DNA from: an uncultured archaeon | GTDB taxonomy: Archaea > Iainarchaeota > Iainarchaeia > Iainarchaeales > 0-14-0-20-30-16 | Direction of reading: 5' to 3' | DNA: 32,000 bases | NCBI GenBank assembly: GCA_964480435.1 | Contig: CAYZSS010000006.1 | Location: 7,340-39,339 of the forward strand | Shown here: positions 8,801-16,629 of the stretch, piece after piece | How positions within the stretch are numbered: the stretch's first letter is position 1 | Layout of the letters: every line of letters starts with the position of its first letter | Notes under the pieces: generated by a model | Databases searched by the model: none | What the model was told of the DNA's origin: nothing | Seen by the model: only the letters and a program-made list of their open reading frames with translations | Position numbers and translations under genes: made by a program

Positions 8801-9940
8801 GTATTAACACATGGTACTCCTGAAGGGCTTTTGTATGACGGTAATGCATTATATAAATATATCCCTAAAGCAGATAAACAAATCATGATTGTAGCAACAT
8901 CCTGTTCTACATCATCAGAATTTGGAAAAAATGTTTTAATAAAAAATGTTAGAAACTATTTTGGAGGGTTACAAATTACATATAATGGAAAAAATGAGTT
9001 TAGTTTAACAACAAATCAAAAACCAAGGATAACAATTGGGGCTGCATATAGAGATTATATAAATGGAGCACTAATAGATGTTAATCGTTCATTTGAATTT
9101 ATTCTTTATGGGGATCCATCTAATTTGATTGATGCATCTAATTTAGAACAAAGTTCCAAACCTAAAACAATTTTTAGTGAAAATGAAGTTCAAATTATAA
9201 TGCCCTCATTTGATGTTAGTACCGTTTTGGCTTATTTAAGTACAGCACTTACCCCTAATGAAATGGCCGAAATGAGTAAAGGTAATTTTGAGGAGGAAAC
9301 TGTGCATTTAAATATGCCAGGGCAGGGTATAGGGTTTGGTTATGTAGGCTCAGAAGCACCATTAATTACCCCGTCAATTTTGACCTTTTTTGACTGTCCA
9401 ATAATTAAGCTAAAAGGCAATAGTAGTTCTAGCTATCCTAATAATCAAAACTCCGCAATGACCTATGAAATAATTCCTTCCTCGGTTGTTGCTACCTATA
9501 CTGATGAAAACAAAGATCCTTTTTCTGAAAAGTTAATTCTTGTGCCTACTGCTTCTGATGACACAAATAGAATCTTAGTTAATTCCAAAGATAAAGAAAT
9601 AAAAAAGATTGGTATTATGTCTTATTGTGCTGACGTGGAAACAGTTATCTCCTTAGGTATTTCTCCAGAAATGTATTACATTGGGAATGGAACAACCAAT
9701 GTGCCATTTTTATATCCACAAGGGACTGATTTTAAACAACTTGACTCATTTTTTTCAAAAATAAAAGGCTTTAAAGTTAAGGCTTCTGGTTCCAATATGG
9801 ATTTCCTGGATTTTAATTCAGATTTTATTTGGTATAATGGTGATTTTAGGGTACAATTATATTGGTCTTATGCTGATTGGTTTAAACTAATTTCTGCAGG
9901 TGCAGAAAAAAGTGGTATAGAAATTAAAATTTATTCTTAA
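5810..9940 (+). CDS. Large (1376 aa) membrane-anchored extracellular protein with a transglutaminase-like cysteine protease core and a clan-CD (peptidase C25/gingipain-like) module
   Basis: N-terminal TM segment LLVGVILLFGVVLFL. Transglutaminase core: QSCHDYALLFVTLLRAKDIPAKFV (Cys305, codon 6722-6724) and NHGITEIFINNNWQIIDPQ (His440, codon 7127-7129, Asp about 15 residues later). C25-like: NYLFIVADENEIP...DNAIYGNIDSDPFLELSVGRLP, then His1001 in VLTHGTPEG (8810-8812) and Cys1032 in IMIVATSCST (8903-8905). The TTG start is uncertain. Confidence 0.7.
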   Translation: MLLVGVILLFGVVLFLSSEKQQSQQISAFNSTLDKTIFYGSATNKEQIYFKNNFAEPLILILAQPKSLAEKISQIKIYTKNKLQILDNDPVISIKQDGNLEDINLEMVYTSSTKKTSSFCVLLPQSFFQDFSEEQTLAFTEKIKNYSLLDINYSQTQILEQETATKLTTFFNENQELNLSETKKTNLILFEDGHGISDSEKLLYDSIINLKQSNPVEYYLQEGKQTQITSYLQNIANNQIEKGPTDFETLNNVLKWVYHFATIPANQLCGSNNCCTFDSDCPQGFPLKVSVTADVIAHKINYQSCHDYALLFVTLLRAKDIPAKFVQTVDEAWLNSALYLNKIGKDNGGSFIEVTKKGGYSASYHINDVIAGIEGVGQCSNTNVELKISNILFQDEKYAVQLDLFCNNIKIGDTVTHFVNDFLLADSLGQYTKNSSMVNHGITEIFINNNWQIIDPQLIVFNPPTNQSNPTDFMVIPKRTGNIVKSYGDNMQVIMGEDLDAWALGWHSISDIISATKTTYFKKEKSGVSSEVFDKFMDLLDVPAGLINGSTKSSTEQDANSEAIITQISKNSVSNDRNELLQKYPWPDKIEVGLSPNNPTVIIERWVVNQNLTDPFVTDSALPGSIQINGKPVNFNVNSNIDIKILDEENDSSEFGTEPYKLKITLSYSDFFSQEQDLPITLDKNIQLDYGLFGKGLSPVIELKINLNDSGVILYAKPELNSLIKDYAYKKGWDMLLVPKIDPIKFLDSELFDINYDNKTYTLKNGNTIEAKFYDAGYGYTGIFVKGGNISFGIVSGLIKTIPELGAKFEVTGDWKLKVSTVRDKSDGFYVDPNPLFKLRSKIISQYAQKPFNYLFIVADENEIPMEDEFGLIPIKDPLDTKNEILDNAIYGNIDSDPFLELSVGRLPSSDYNYVSEYFLQNLKYVPPENPLFSFIGNYDTNDPIKISKEQVLLYYPFTGMSPNKNYSADLQGNNNLIFKPDVDKFNEITDRSDYITVLTHGTPEGLLYDGNALYKYIPKADKQIMIVATSCSTSSEFGKNVLIKNVRNYFGGLQITYNGKNEFSLTTNQKPRITIGAAYRDYINGALIDVNRSFEFILYGDPSNLIDASNLEQSSKPKTIFSENEVQIIMPSFDVSTVLAYLSTALTPNEMAEMSKGNFEEETVHLNMPGQGIGFGYVGSEAPLITPSILTFFDCPIIKLKGNSSSSYPNNQNSAMTYEIIPSSVVATYTDENKDPFSEKLILVPTASDDTNRILVNSKDKEIKKIGIMSYCADVETVISLGISPEMYYIGNGTTNVPFLYPQGTDFKQLDSFFSKIKGFKVKASGSNMDFLDFNSDFIWYNGDFRVQLYWSYADWFKLISAGAEKSGIEIKIYS

Positions 9941-9958
9941 TAAATACTTCTGGGCGTT

Positions 9959-9979
9959 ATATGTGTCATGGACACATAT
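9959..9979. terminator. Perfect 9-bp stem, 3-nt loop hairpin (ATATGTGTC-atg-GACACATAT) at convergent gene ends
   Basis: Lies between the stop of the 1376-aa gene (9940) and the last codons and stop of the minus-strand TrmB gene (9966), which it overlaps. Confidence 0.45.
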
Positions 9980-10706
9980 CCCACATAAATTGGAAGAACT
10001 TTCTATAACCATCTGCTAATGATTTGTTTTTCATAACAAATTGGACAGGGACATCTTCTAAATATCCTGGTTGTGCCCCAACAAAAGTTACAACATAATC
10101 TCCAAAAATATCTATTGCTGTATTTGACGAATATTCTTTTGGTAAAAATTTGTACGGCTTTCCAACTACTCCTAGAATCTCTGGTTTCTGTTTCTTAATT
10201 TCATAATCAAAAAGATGCATAAATTTTATTCCTTGTGCTTTTCTTTTTTGTTCAAATTTTGCAAGATGAATTCTTAATCTGGGATCTAGCCAAAAAGCTT
10301 TTGCTCCAATAAAATAAACTGTTTCGTTGGTTTCAAGAATATCATTCAAATAATTTTTGAATCCTTCAATTCCCTGATACAAATAAGCCTCAGAACTTTC
10401 CTCTACTTTTGCATATTTTTTTTGTAAATCTTGCATTATACTATCTAAATTAGATTCTTTTTCTTGAATTAGCTCTTGTAATCTTCTTGGATTTGTTGCA
10501 CAGTAATGTTTATTTCCGCTGATAATAACTTCTGAAACTAATCCTTTCTCAATAAGTTTGTTTAAGGTATCATAAGTATTTCTTCTGTGCACTCCTGCTC
10601 TATTAGAAATCTTTTCTACTGTTGTTTTTCCCATGGTAATTAGGGATTCATATATTCTGGACTCGTTCTGACTTAACCCTACCTGGCGGAAAATTTCTTC
10701 GTACAT
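9966..10706 (-). CDS. TrmB-family transcriptional regulator
   Basis: MYEEIFRQVGLSQNESRIYESLITMGKTTVEKISNRAGVHRRNTYDTLNKLIEKGLV is a TrmB wHTH. The C-terminal domain is collinear with the ORF at 3507-4271. Confidence 0.85.
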   Translation of the reverse strand: MYEEIFRQVGLSQNESRIYESLITMGKTTVEKISNRAGVHRRNTYDTLNKLIEKGLVSEVIISGNKHYCATNPRRLQELIQEKESNLDSIMQDLQKKYAKVEESSEAYLYQGIEGFKNYLNDILETNETVYFIGAKAFWLDPRLRIHLAKFEQKRKAQGIKFMHLFDYEIKKQKPEILGVVGKPYKFLPKEYSSNTAIDIFGDYVVTFVGAQPGYLEDVPVQFVMKNKSLADGYRKFFQFMWDMCP

Positions 10707-10802
10707 ACCTAATAATCAAACACAAATGTATTTAATTCTTGCTTATTTTGGTGGCAAACACCACTCACAAGGTATATGAAGTAATAAAATCACAAAGTAA
10801 TT

Positions 10803-10964
10803 ATGAAGAAAAAAAATAATTCGGAATTACAGACCATCTCCTTTAGAGGTAACAGAGAGCTTTGGCTCAAGTTTGTGTATATCTCAAAAATAAAGGGGGA
10901 AAAAAGGGTTTGGAACATTTTAGAAAAAGTAATAAAAAAATACTTTGAGAGTGGTGAAATATGA
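10803..10964 (+). CDS. Unannotated 53-aa small ORF, ribbon-helix-helix (CopG/Arc-like) candidate, stop overlapping the transporter start (ATGA)
   Basis: Hand translation: MKKKNNSELQTISFRGNRELWLKFVYISKIKGEKRVWNILEKVIKKYFESGEI. It shows a strand (TISFRG), helix (RELWLKFVYISKIKG), helix (VWNILEKVIKKYFE) pattern. TGA 10962-10964 overlaps ATG 10961-10963. TATATG at about 10772-10777 is placed for a leaderless start at 10803. Confidence 0.45.
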   Translation: MKKKNNSELQTISFRGNRELWLKFVYISKIKGEKRVWNILEKVIKKYFESGEI

Positions 10965-12382
10965 GTTATATTAATCAAGGATTAGGTTATGGTTTAGTAA
11001 TTGGGTTCGGACTAATAATGTTTGCTATTACCTGGACTTTTGCAAGATGGAAAGGATACAAAACAAAATTAGGGTTCCTACTTGCGGGCAGGAATCTAGG
11101 TTGGGTTTTAGGTGGTGCTACTATTGCAGCATCTTGGATTTGGGCACCTGCATTATTTGTGTCATCTCAAATGGCTTATACAAAAGGATTGGCGGGAATA
11201 TTTTGGTTTACTGTTCCAAATGTTTTGGCATTAATTTTATTTGCATTTTTCGCGCCAAAAATTAGAAAAAAATTTCCTGAAGGATATACTTTACCGCAAT
11301 ATATTAAACATAAATTAAAAAGCGAAAGCGTTCATAAAATTTATTTATTTCCATATTTTTTCTACCAGTTAATGTCTGTAACTGTGCAGTTATTTGCAGG
11401 TAGTGCTTTGCTGTATATGCTGACTGGAATAAATATAATTATTGGTATGATTTTATTGTCAGTAATTGTTTTAGCATATTCTTTGATTTCCGGATTAGAA
11501 GCGTCAGTAATTACAGATCTGGTTCAGTTAATTTTGATTTATATTCCTGGAATAATAATTATAATATCATTATTATCTAAATTTGGTTTTGGTGCTGTTC
11601 TTCCTGGGTTAGCAGGGATAGAACATACTGCTGGAATACTAGATCCTTCAGTTGCATTTTCATATGGGATAGTGACTGCAATTGGCCTAATTTCAGGTGC
11701 AATTTCTGACCAACAATATTGGCAAAGATCTTTTGCAATTAAAAAAGACCAATTAAAAAAAGCATTTATTTTTGGAGGAATATTGTTTGGATTAGTTCCA
11801 ATTGGATTATCCATTCTGGGTTTTATGGCTGCAAATCCGGCATTAGGTATAAGTTTACCTGCTGGAGTAGATGTTTCTTTAATTGGTGTCCAAACTGTTG
11901 CAACATTATTACCTACTTGGATTTTTGCATTGTTTGTATTACTTCTATTAGGTGGGTTGTGCTCAACATTTGATTCAGGATTATCTGCAACTAGTTCATT
12001 ATTTACTATCGATGTTTTGAAATCAAACGACGAAAAAAAGAATTTAAAATATTCAAGATTATCAATGATTGGAATTACTGTGCTAGGGCTATTAGTTGCA
12101 CTGGCAGCAAATTATATTCCTGAATTTGGATTGCAACAATTATGGTGGATATTTAACACTGTTGCTGCTTGTGTTGTTGTTCCAACTGTATTAAGTTTAT
12201 ATTGGGAAAAACTATCTGCAAAAGGGGTATTTTGGGGCGTAATAGTTTCATTTTTTGTTGGTATCCCCATATTTATTTATGGGTCTGTTATTGATAATGC
12301 ATATTGGATTGTTGGTGCATCTCTGGGAATAATATTAGTTAGCACTTTGTTCTGTGTTTTATTTTCTATTACAAAGAAATAA
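10961..12382 (+). CDS. Sodium:solute symporter family (SSS) transporter, substrate unknown
   Basis: 473 aa and highly hydrophobic with many predicted TM segments. GRNLGWVLGGATIAASWIWAPALFVSSQMAY is typical of the SSS N-terminal region. GTGGTG sits 4 nt upstream of the ATG. Confidence 0.75.
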   Translation: MSYINQGLGYGLVIGFGLIMFAITWTFARWKGYKTKLGFLLAGRNLGWVLGGATIAASWIWAPALFVSSQMAYTKGLAGIFWFTVPNVLALILFAFFAPKIRKKFPEGYTLPQYIKHKLKSESVHKIYLFPYFFYQLMSVTVQLFAGSALLYMLTGINIIIGMILLSVIVLAYSLISGLEASVITDLVQLILIYIPGIIIIISLLSKFGFGAVLPGLAGIEHTAGILDPSVAFSYGIVTAIGLISGAISDQQYWQRSFAIKKDQLKKAFIFGGILFGLVPIGLSILGFMAANPALGISLPAGVDVSLIGVQTVATLLPTWIFALFVLLLLGGLCSTFDSGLSATSSLFTIDVLKSNDEKKNLKYSRLSMIGITVLGLLVALAANYIPEFGLQQLWWIFNTVAACVVVPTVLSLYWEKLSAKGVFWGVIVSFFVGIPIFIYGSVIDNAYWIVGASLGIILVSTLFCVLFSITKK

Positions 12383-12387
12383 AACCC

Positions 12388-12412
12388 TTTTCTTTCTTTT
12401 TTCTTTTTTTTG
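12388..12412 (+). terminator. Oligo-T tracts after the transporter gene
   Basis: tttctttcttttttcttttttttgg follows the stop at 12382. Confidence 0.4.
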
Positions 12413-12419
12413 GTTATAT

Positions 12420-14051
12420 TTATTTTATTGAATTATAAATCATCTTGTGTGTTCCGATAAGTTCTTGTCCTACATTGTAATTGGGTAAGTTTTTTTGTAA
12501 AATTATTTTTAATGTCTCTGCTCTTTTTGTGTGTTTTATTTTGTAATTTAAACTTGAGGTGCCAGGGTCAGTTTTTTTGCCACAATAATAATTAGAAATT
12601 TTGCTTTTTTTTGTAAGCATAAATTTACTTATTTGGAAACTAAAAATGTTATTCTTATTTTGTAATACAAGTTGTATAGTTTTTTTAAAATCAACATTTG
12701 TTTCTCCTGGAAAATCAGTCATTAAATAGATGTGATTAGCAATACCTGCTTTTGTGGTGCTACTAAGGATTTTTTTGACATCTGAAATTTTATATCCCTT
12801 GTTCATTAAATCAATTATCTTTTGAGACCCACTTTCTAAGCCAAAAGACAAAAATTGACAGCCTGCTTTGTTTAATAAGTTACAAAAGTCTTTATCTTTA
12901 AAATCTTTTTCTAGTCTGCAAGCCGTTTCCCAATTTACCTTTTTATTTATAAGTTTGTCTGCTAGCTGTTTGAGGTAAGAAGGATGTATTGCTTCATCTA
13001 CAAATCTAAAATAATTTACTCCATATTCTTTTTTAAAATAGCATAATTCTTCAATGGTTTTTTTAATTCCTTTAATACGGTATAATTTATTATAACCCTC
13101 ACAAATATCGCAAAAGGTACATTTATTCCAATAACAGTTTCTTGAAAAAATAGTAGGTAACACTTTTTCTGGAGATAAATATAAGTTTAGGGGGTAGCCA
13201 TCAAAGTTAGGAGTTGGAAGGTCTTTAAGTAAAATTTGTTTATCAACTGAACCATTTCTGGTTATTTTTTTATCGTGCCAAAGCAAACCAGGTACTTCTT
13301 CTAAACTGCTATTATTTTTTATGGTGTTTATTAGTTTTTGCAGAGGGATTTCGCCTTCTTTCTCAATGTAAAAATCAACATATTTGAAATAGAGTTCGTT
13401 TTTTAAAATGTCTTTAGCTAAACGTGTAATTGTTGTGCCGCCAAATACAATTTTTATGTTTTTGTGCTTTTCTTTTATTTTTTTTGCTAAATCAAAGGCG
13501 GGAACAAGCTGGTCAATTAATACTATTGAAAAACCAACTAATGTGGGCTTTGTTTTTAGTATTTGTTTTATGATACTTTCATTAAATTTGGAAAAAATAC
13601 TTTCTTCGTTTAGATTTTTTAACATTTTTTTTGGATTATTTGTCCCGTATTTTGGTTTATATTGTGTTAAAGATAATGTTTCGCCAGGAAATGCGCTTGA
13701 AATAAGGTGTAATGCATATTTTATCATTCTTGCATGTTTTGTGTAGTTTTGTAAATCAAGTAAAACGGCTCTATTACGTATTTGTTTTTTGCTATTTTCT
13801 ATATTATCAACAAGATAATCTGACATTATTAGCGCGAGTTTCTGGGCTTTGTTTCGCTTTTTCATTTTTTTTAGTCTGTGTTTGCACAATTGTAAATATT
13901 TTTTTGTTAATAGCTGATCATACGCCATTACATTAGCATCGATTATTTCTACTGTTATTCCTTCCCCTTCAAGATATCCTTTTAAAAGCGGTATTGCTAA
14001 GTGTGGATGAATGGGATTAATTTGTGGAGGGAAAATAAGTAATGTTTTCAT
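12420..14051 (-). CDS. B12-binding-domain radical SAM enzyme (class B-like), substrate unknown
   Basis: The N-terminal Rossmann-like region (LVGFSIVLIDQLVPAFDLAKKIKEKHKNIKIVFGGTTIT) resembles a cobalamin-binding domain. The cluster motif SRNCYWNKCTFCD has C-x4-C-x2-C spacing, followed by a radical SAM core (FRFVDEA, FLSFGLESGS). Confidence 0.75.
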   Translation of the reverse strand: MKTLLIFPPQINPIHPHLAIPLLKGYLEGEGITVEIIDANVMAYDQLLTKKYLQLCKHRLKKMKKRNKAQKLALIMSDYLVDNIENSKKQIRNRAVLLDLQNYTKHARMIKYALHLISSAFPGETLSLTQYKPKYGTNNPKKMLKNLNEESIFSKFNESIIKQILKTKPTLVGFSIVLIDQLVPAFDLAKKIKEKHKNIKIVFGGTTITRLAKDILKNELYFKYVDFYIEKEGEIPLQKLINTIKNNSSLEEVPGLLWHDKKITRNGSVDKQILLKDLPTPNFDGYPLNLYLSPEKVLPTIFSRNCYWNKCTFCDICEGYNKLYRIKGIKKTIEELCYFKKEYGVNYFRFVDEAIHPSYLKQLADKLINKKVNWETACRLEKDFKDKDFCNLLNKAGCQFLSFGLESGSQKIIDLMNKGYKISDVKKILSSTTKAGIANHIYLMTDFPGETNVDFKKTIQLVLQNKNNIFSFQISKFMLTKKSKISNYYCGKKTDPGTSSLNYKIKHTKRAETLKIILQKNLPNYNVGQELIGTHKMIYNSIK

Positions 14052-14298
14052 AATCTCGCCTAATAAAATAAAAAAACTAGAAGTGGCATTCGGTTTTGTT
14101 ATAGTCAGAAAGAATTAAATCCGCTATTTGCCTATATTTTTCTAGTTTACAACTATTAAAGCCTGCGAATAGGTCTTTTATGCTTTTCACATTTGAGTTC
14201 ATATGTATATTTGATCTGACCTATAATAAAAACTCTTTCACAAAACTGTTTTTAATAATGACAAAATATATATTGCTTTTGTAACTATTAGTAAATAT

Positions 14299-15246
14299 AT
14301 GCTTACAAAGACGGATAAAAATATTTTATATGAATTAGATAAAAATGCCAGACTGTCTGGGACCCAAATTGCTAATAAATTAAAATATTCTCCTGAAGCA
14401 GTAAATTATAATATTAGAAAACTAGAGAATCAAGGAGTTATTACAGATTATATTGCTGTAACAGATTTTTCTAAATTAGGCTTGACTCATTATAAATTTA
14501 ATCTTAAGTTTAACCATTTGAACGAAAATATTAGAAAAGAGGTTGTTGATTTTTTAAAAAAAGAAAAATCAGTAAAATGGATTGCTGATTGTGAGGGTGA
14601 TTTTGACCTGATGTTTTCAGTGCGGAGTAAAACTTTAAAAGAATTTGAAAAGCTGAAAACAAGTTTGTTTTTTGAATTTGACAAATACTTAAATAAAAAA
14701 ACAATAGTAACTGTTTCAGAAGCAACAATGTACACTCGTGGGTATATAACAAATAAAGATAAAAAAGAGTTTGTGTTATATTCGGGATCAGATGAAATTG
14801 TAGTTTCGGATGAAGAAAGGCTTATATTGGATTCTTTAGCAGTTGGTTGTCGGGCATCTATTTATGAATTAAGTAAAAAACTAGGTATTACTCCTCGGGT
14901 AATTAGGTATGCTATAAAAAAACTAGAAAACAAAAAAATAATTTCGGGCTATAAGTTGGCAATAAATTATTCAAAAATGAATTACCTCTTTTTTAAATTA
15001 TTCATAAACTTACAATCTGCATCAGATTCAAGGATTTTTGCTTTTAAACAATATTGTGAACAACACCCTAATTTTACTTATTGGGTAAGGGTTATTGGGT
15101 CTTGGGATATGGAACATGAAATTGAAGTGCCTAGTGTACAAGAATTTAATAAGCTTCTTGGCGAGATAAGACGCAACTTTTCAGATATTATTCAAACAAT
15201 GAATTCTGTTATGATTACTCATGAATACAAATTAATTCATGCTTAA
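14299..15246 (+). CDS. Fused tandem Lrp/AsnC-type regulator (two HTH plus RAM-like units in one chain)
   Basis: Unit 1: DKNILYELDKNARLSGTQIANKLKYSPEAVNYNIRKLENQGVITDY. Unit 2: ERLILDSLAVGCRASIYELSKKLGITPRVIRYAIKKLENKKIISGY. Each is followed by about 90 aa of beta-alpha-beta RAM-like sequence. Confidence 0.75.
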   Translation: MLTKTDKNILYELDKNARLSGTQIANKLKYSPEAVNYNIRKLENQGVITDYIAVTDFSKLGLTHYKFNLKFNHLNENIRKEVVDFLKKEKSVKWIADCEGDFDLMFSVRSKTLKEFEKLKTSLFFEFDKYLNKKTIVTVSEATMYTRGYITNKDKKEFVLYSGSDEIVVSDEERLILDSLAVGCRASIYELSKKLGITPRVIRYAIKKLENKKIISGYKLAINYSKMNYLFFKLFINLQSASDSRIFAFKQYCEQHPNFTYWVRVIGSWDMEHEIEVPSVQEFNKLLGEIRRNFSDIIQTMNSVMITHEYKLIHA

Positions 15247-15347
15247 TATTTGAAAAGAAATAAGTCTGGCAAGAAATCTGTTTAGAAATTAGAACTGCTA
15301 ATTTTTATGCTTTTACATCTTATTTATATTAGAAAAATATATTTTGT

Positions 15348-16166
15348 GTGATAATTATGGTGATGCGAAAACCAATTCATAAAGAAATACAAGAACCCAA
15401 AAAAGAAGGAAGAGGGGCTGTGGTATTAAGTATTTTAGAAAAAGATTTAGTATCTTATCGTAATTCTGCTGCTCATTCTTTTGTTTCACAACCCCGGATA
15501 ATGCGTAGAAGAGAATGGGTAAAAACAATAATAAACCGTGGTGCGTTTTTGTCTATTGATAATTTAGAAAAATCAACAGAATATTTTAGGGCCAATATTC
15601 AGGAATTAGAAAGAAGATTTAGTGTAATTCCTGCAGTAATAGAAGGTGCAGAAATTAGTTATGGTGAAAAAGTGCTTTTTGAAATAACTGGTAGATTAAG
15701 AAGGTTAGAAGCAATTAGACTAAAAAGTGATGAACGTGTTATTTTAAATTTATTAAAAGAAGAAGTGGAAAGATTAAATTACGCAAATGCCCTTGCTTTA
15801 GAATGGGGCTCTTTTTTTGAAAGAAATAGAAATATTTCTCCTGGGGAAATAGATGGGCTGGTTGCAAGAATAATTGAGGCAGGAATAACAGGGGACTTTT
15901 CTGGTCCAAATAAGTTTCAGGCAATGGCTTTCACTCCTGATGTGTTGATTGATGCTAAAAAAGCTATTATGCTTGAAGAACAAACAAAAGAAGGTATACG
16001 TTATAGGTTAAATCCTGAATTTGCTTTAAGGTTAGTGGCTGCAGCAAAAGCAAAGTTACTTGCTGGGTATTTGTCTGGGTTTAAATCTTTAAAGACATCC
16101 GAACTTGATTCTGAGGTAAAACCTGTTCTTGAGAAAGTAGAATCTATTTTAAGTAGAGTAAAATAA
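15348..16166 (+). CDS. Hypothetical protein, predominantly alpha-helical, no motif recognised
   Basis: Long ORF of 272 aa. The start is ambiguous (GTG 15348, ATG 15357 or ATG 15363). TATA-like TTTATATT at 15323-15330 suggests a leaderless or short-leader transcript. Confidence 0.6.
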   Translation: MIIMVMRKPIHKEIQEPKKEGRGAVVLSILEKDLVSYRNSAAHSFVSQPRIMRRREWVKTIINRGAFLSIDNLEKSTEYFRANIQELERRFSVIPAVIEGAEISYGEKVLFEITGRLRRLEAIRLKSDERVILNLLKEEVERLNYANALALEWGSFFERNRNISPGEIDGLVARIIEAGITGDFSGPNKFQAMAFTPDVLIDAKKAIMLEEQTKEGIRYRLNPEFALRLVAAAKAKLLAGYLSGFKSLKTSELDSEVKPVLEKVESILSRVK

Positions 16167-16434
16167 GTTTTTTATAAAGAGTATATTTTTTGTTTTTTTC
16201 AAAACTTTCTAACAGTGGGTAATTGTGTTTCTTGGTAAGGCATTACAGTTATTATTTCTAAGATATTAAATAAAAATACACAATATAATAAAAAAGGTAT
16301 AATTGATAACTTTGTCTATCGGGAAAACGGAAAAAACTAAAATGATTGTTATGTTGATTAATTTAAGAGGAATTATTGTTTTATCTGGGTATTAATTTAA
16401 ATATAATAAAGTTCAAATTAATATGTGATTTATT

Positions 16435-16629
16435 ATGGTTAGAGAATTTAAGAAGTTTAAATTGCCTGGAAAAGACGGTGCAACAACAAGAGACAGAAAC
16501 ACAAAGCCCTTAGAAAAAGTAAGGACCCCAATTAAACCTGTTAGTACTTATTCTGCCCGTGGCAGAATAGGGTCTGTTGTTGCCTCTTTATTATTAGCAT
16601 TTGCAGCGGGGGGGCAAAGGCGGATGTAA
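16435..16629 (+). CDS. Small basic protein (64 aa) with C-terminal hydrophobic signal-anchor-like segment; possibly the N-terminal part of the next ORF
   Basis: MVREFKKFKLPGKDGATTRDRNTKPLEKVRTPIKPVSTYSARGR, then IGSVVASLLLAFAAGG, then QRRM-stop. The stop overlaps the next start (ATGTAATG). A G7 run lies at 16608-16614. Confidence 0.5.
   Translation: MVREFKKFKLPGKDGATTRDRNTKPLEKVRTPIKPVSTYSARGRIGSVVASLLLAFAAGGQRRM

Noticed and set aside
10790-10978. 62-aa minus-strand track ORF in the TrmB/transporter spacer
   Set aside because: Hydrophobic low-complexity product with no ribosome-binding site. The plus-strand 53-aa RHH-like ORF with ATGA coupling is the more plausible reading, though itself unproven.
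16318-16340. TTTTTTCCGTTTTCCCGAT (minus strand), resembling a half-site of the 4350-4409 repeat
   Set aside because: Only one TTTCCG half matches and there is no inverted partner. This is probably chance in T-rich sequence.
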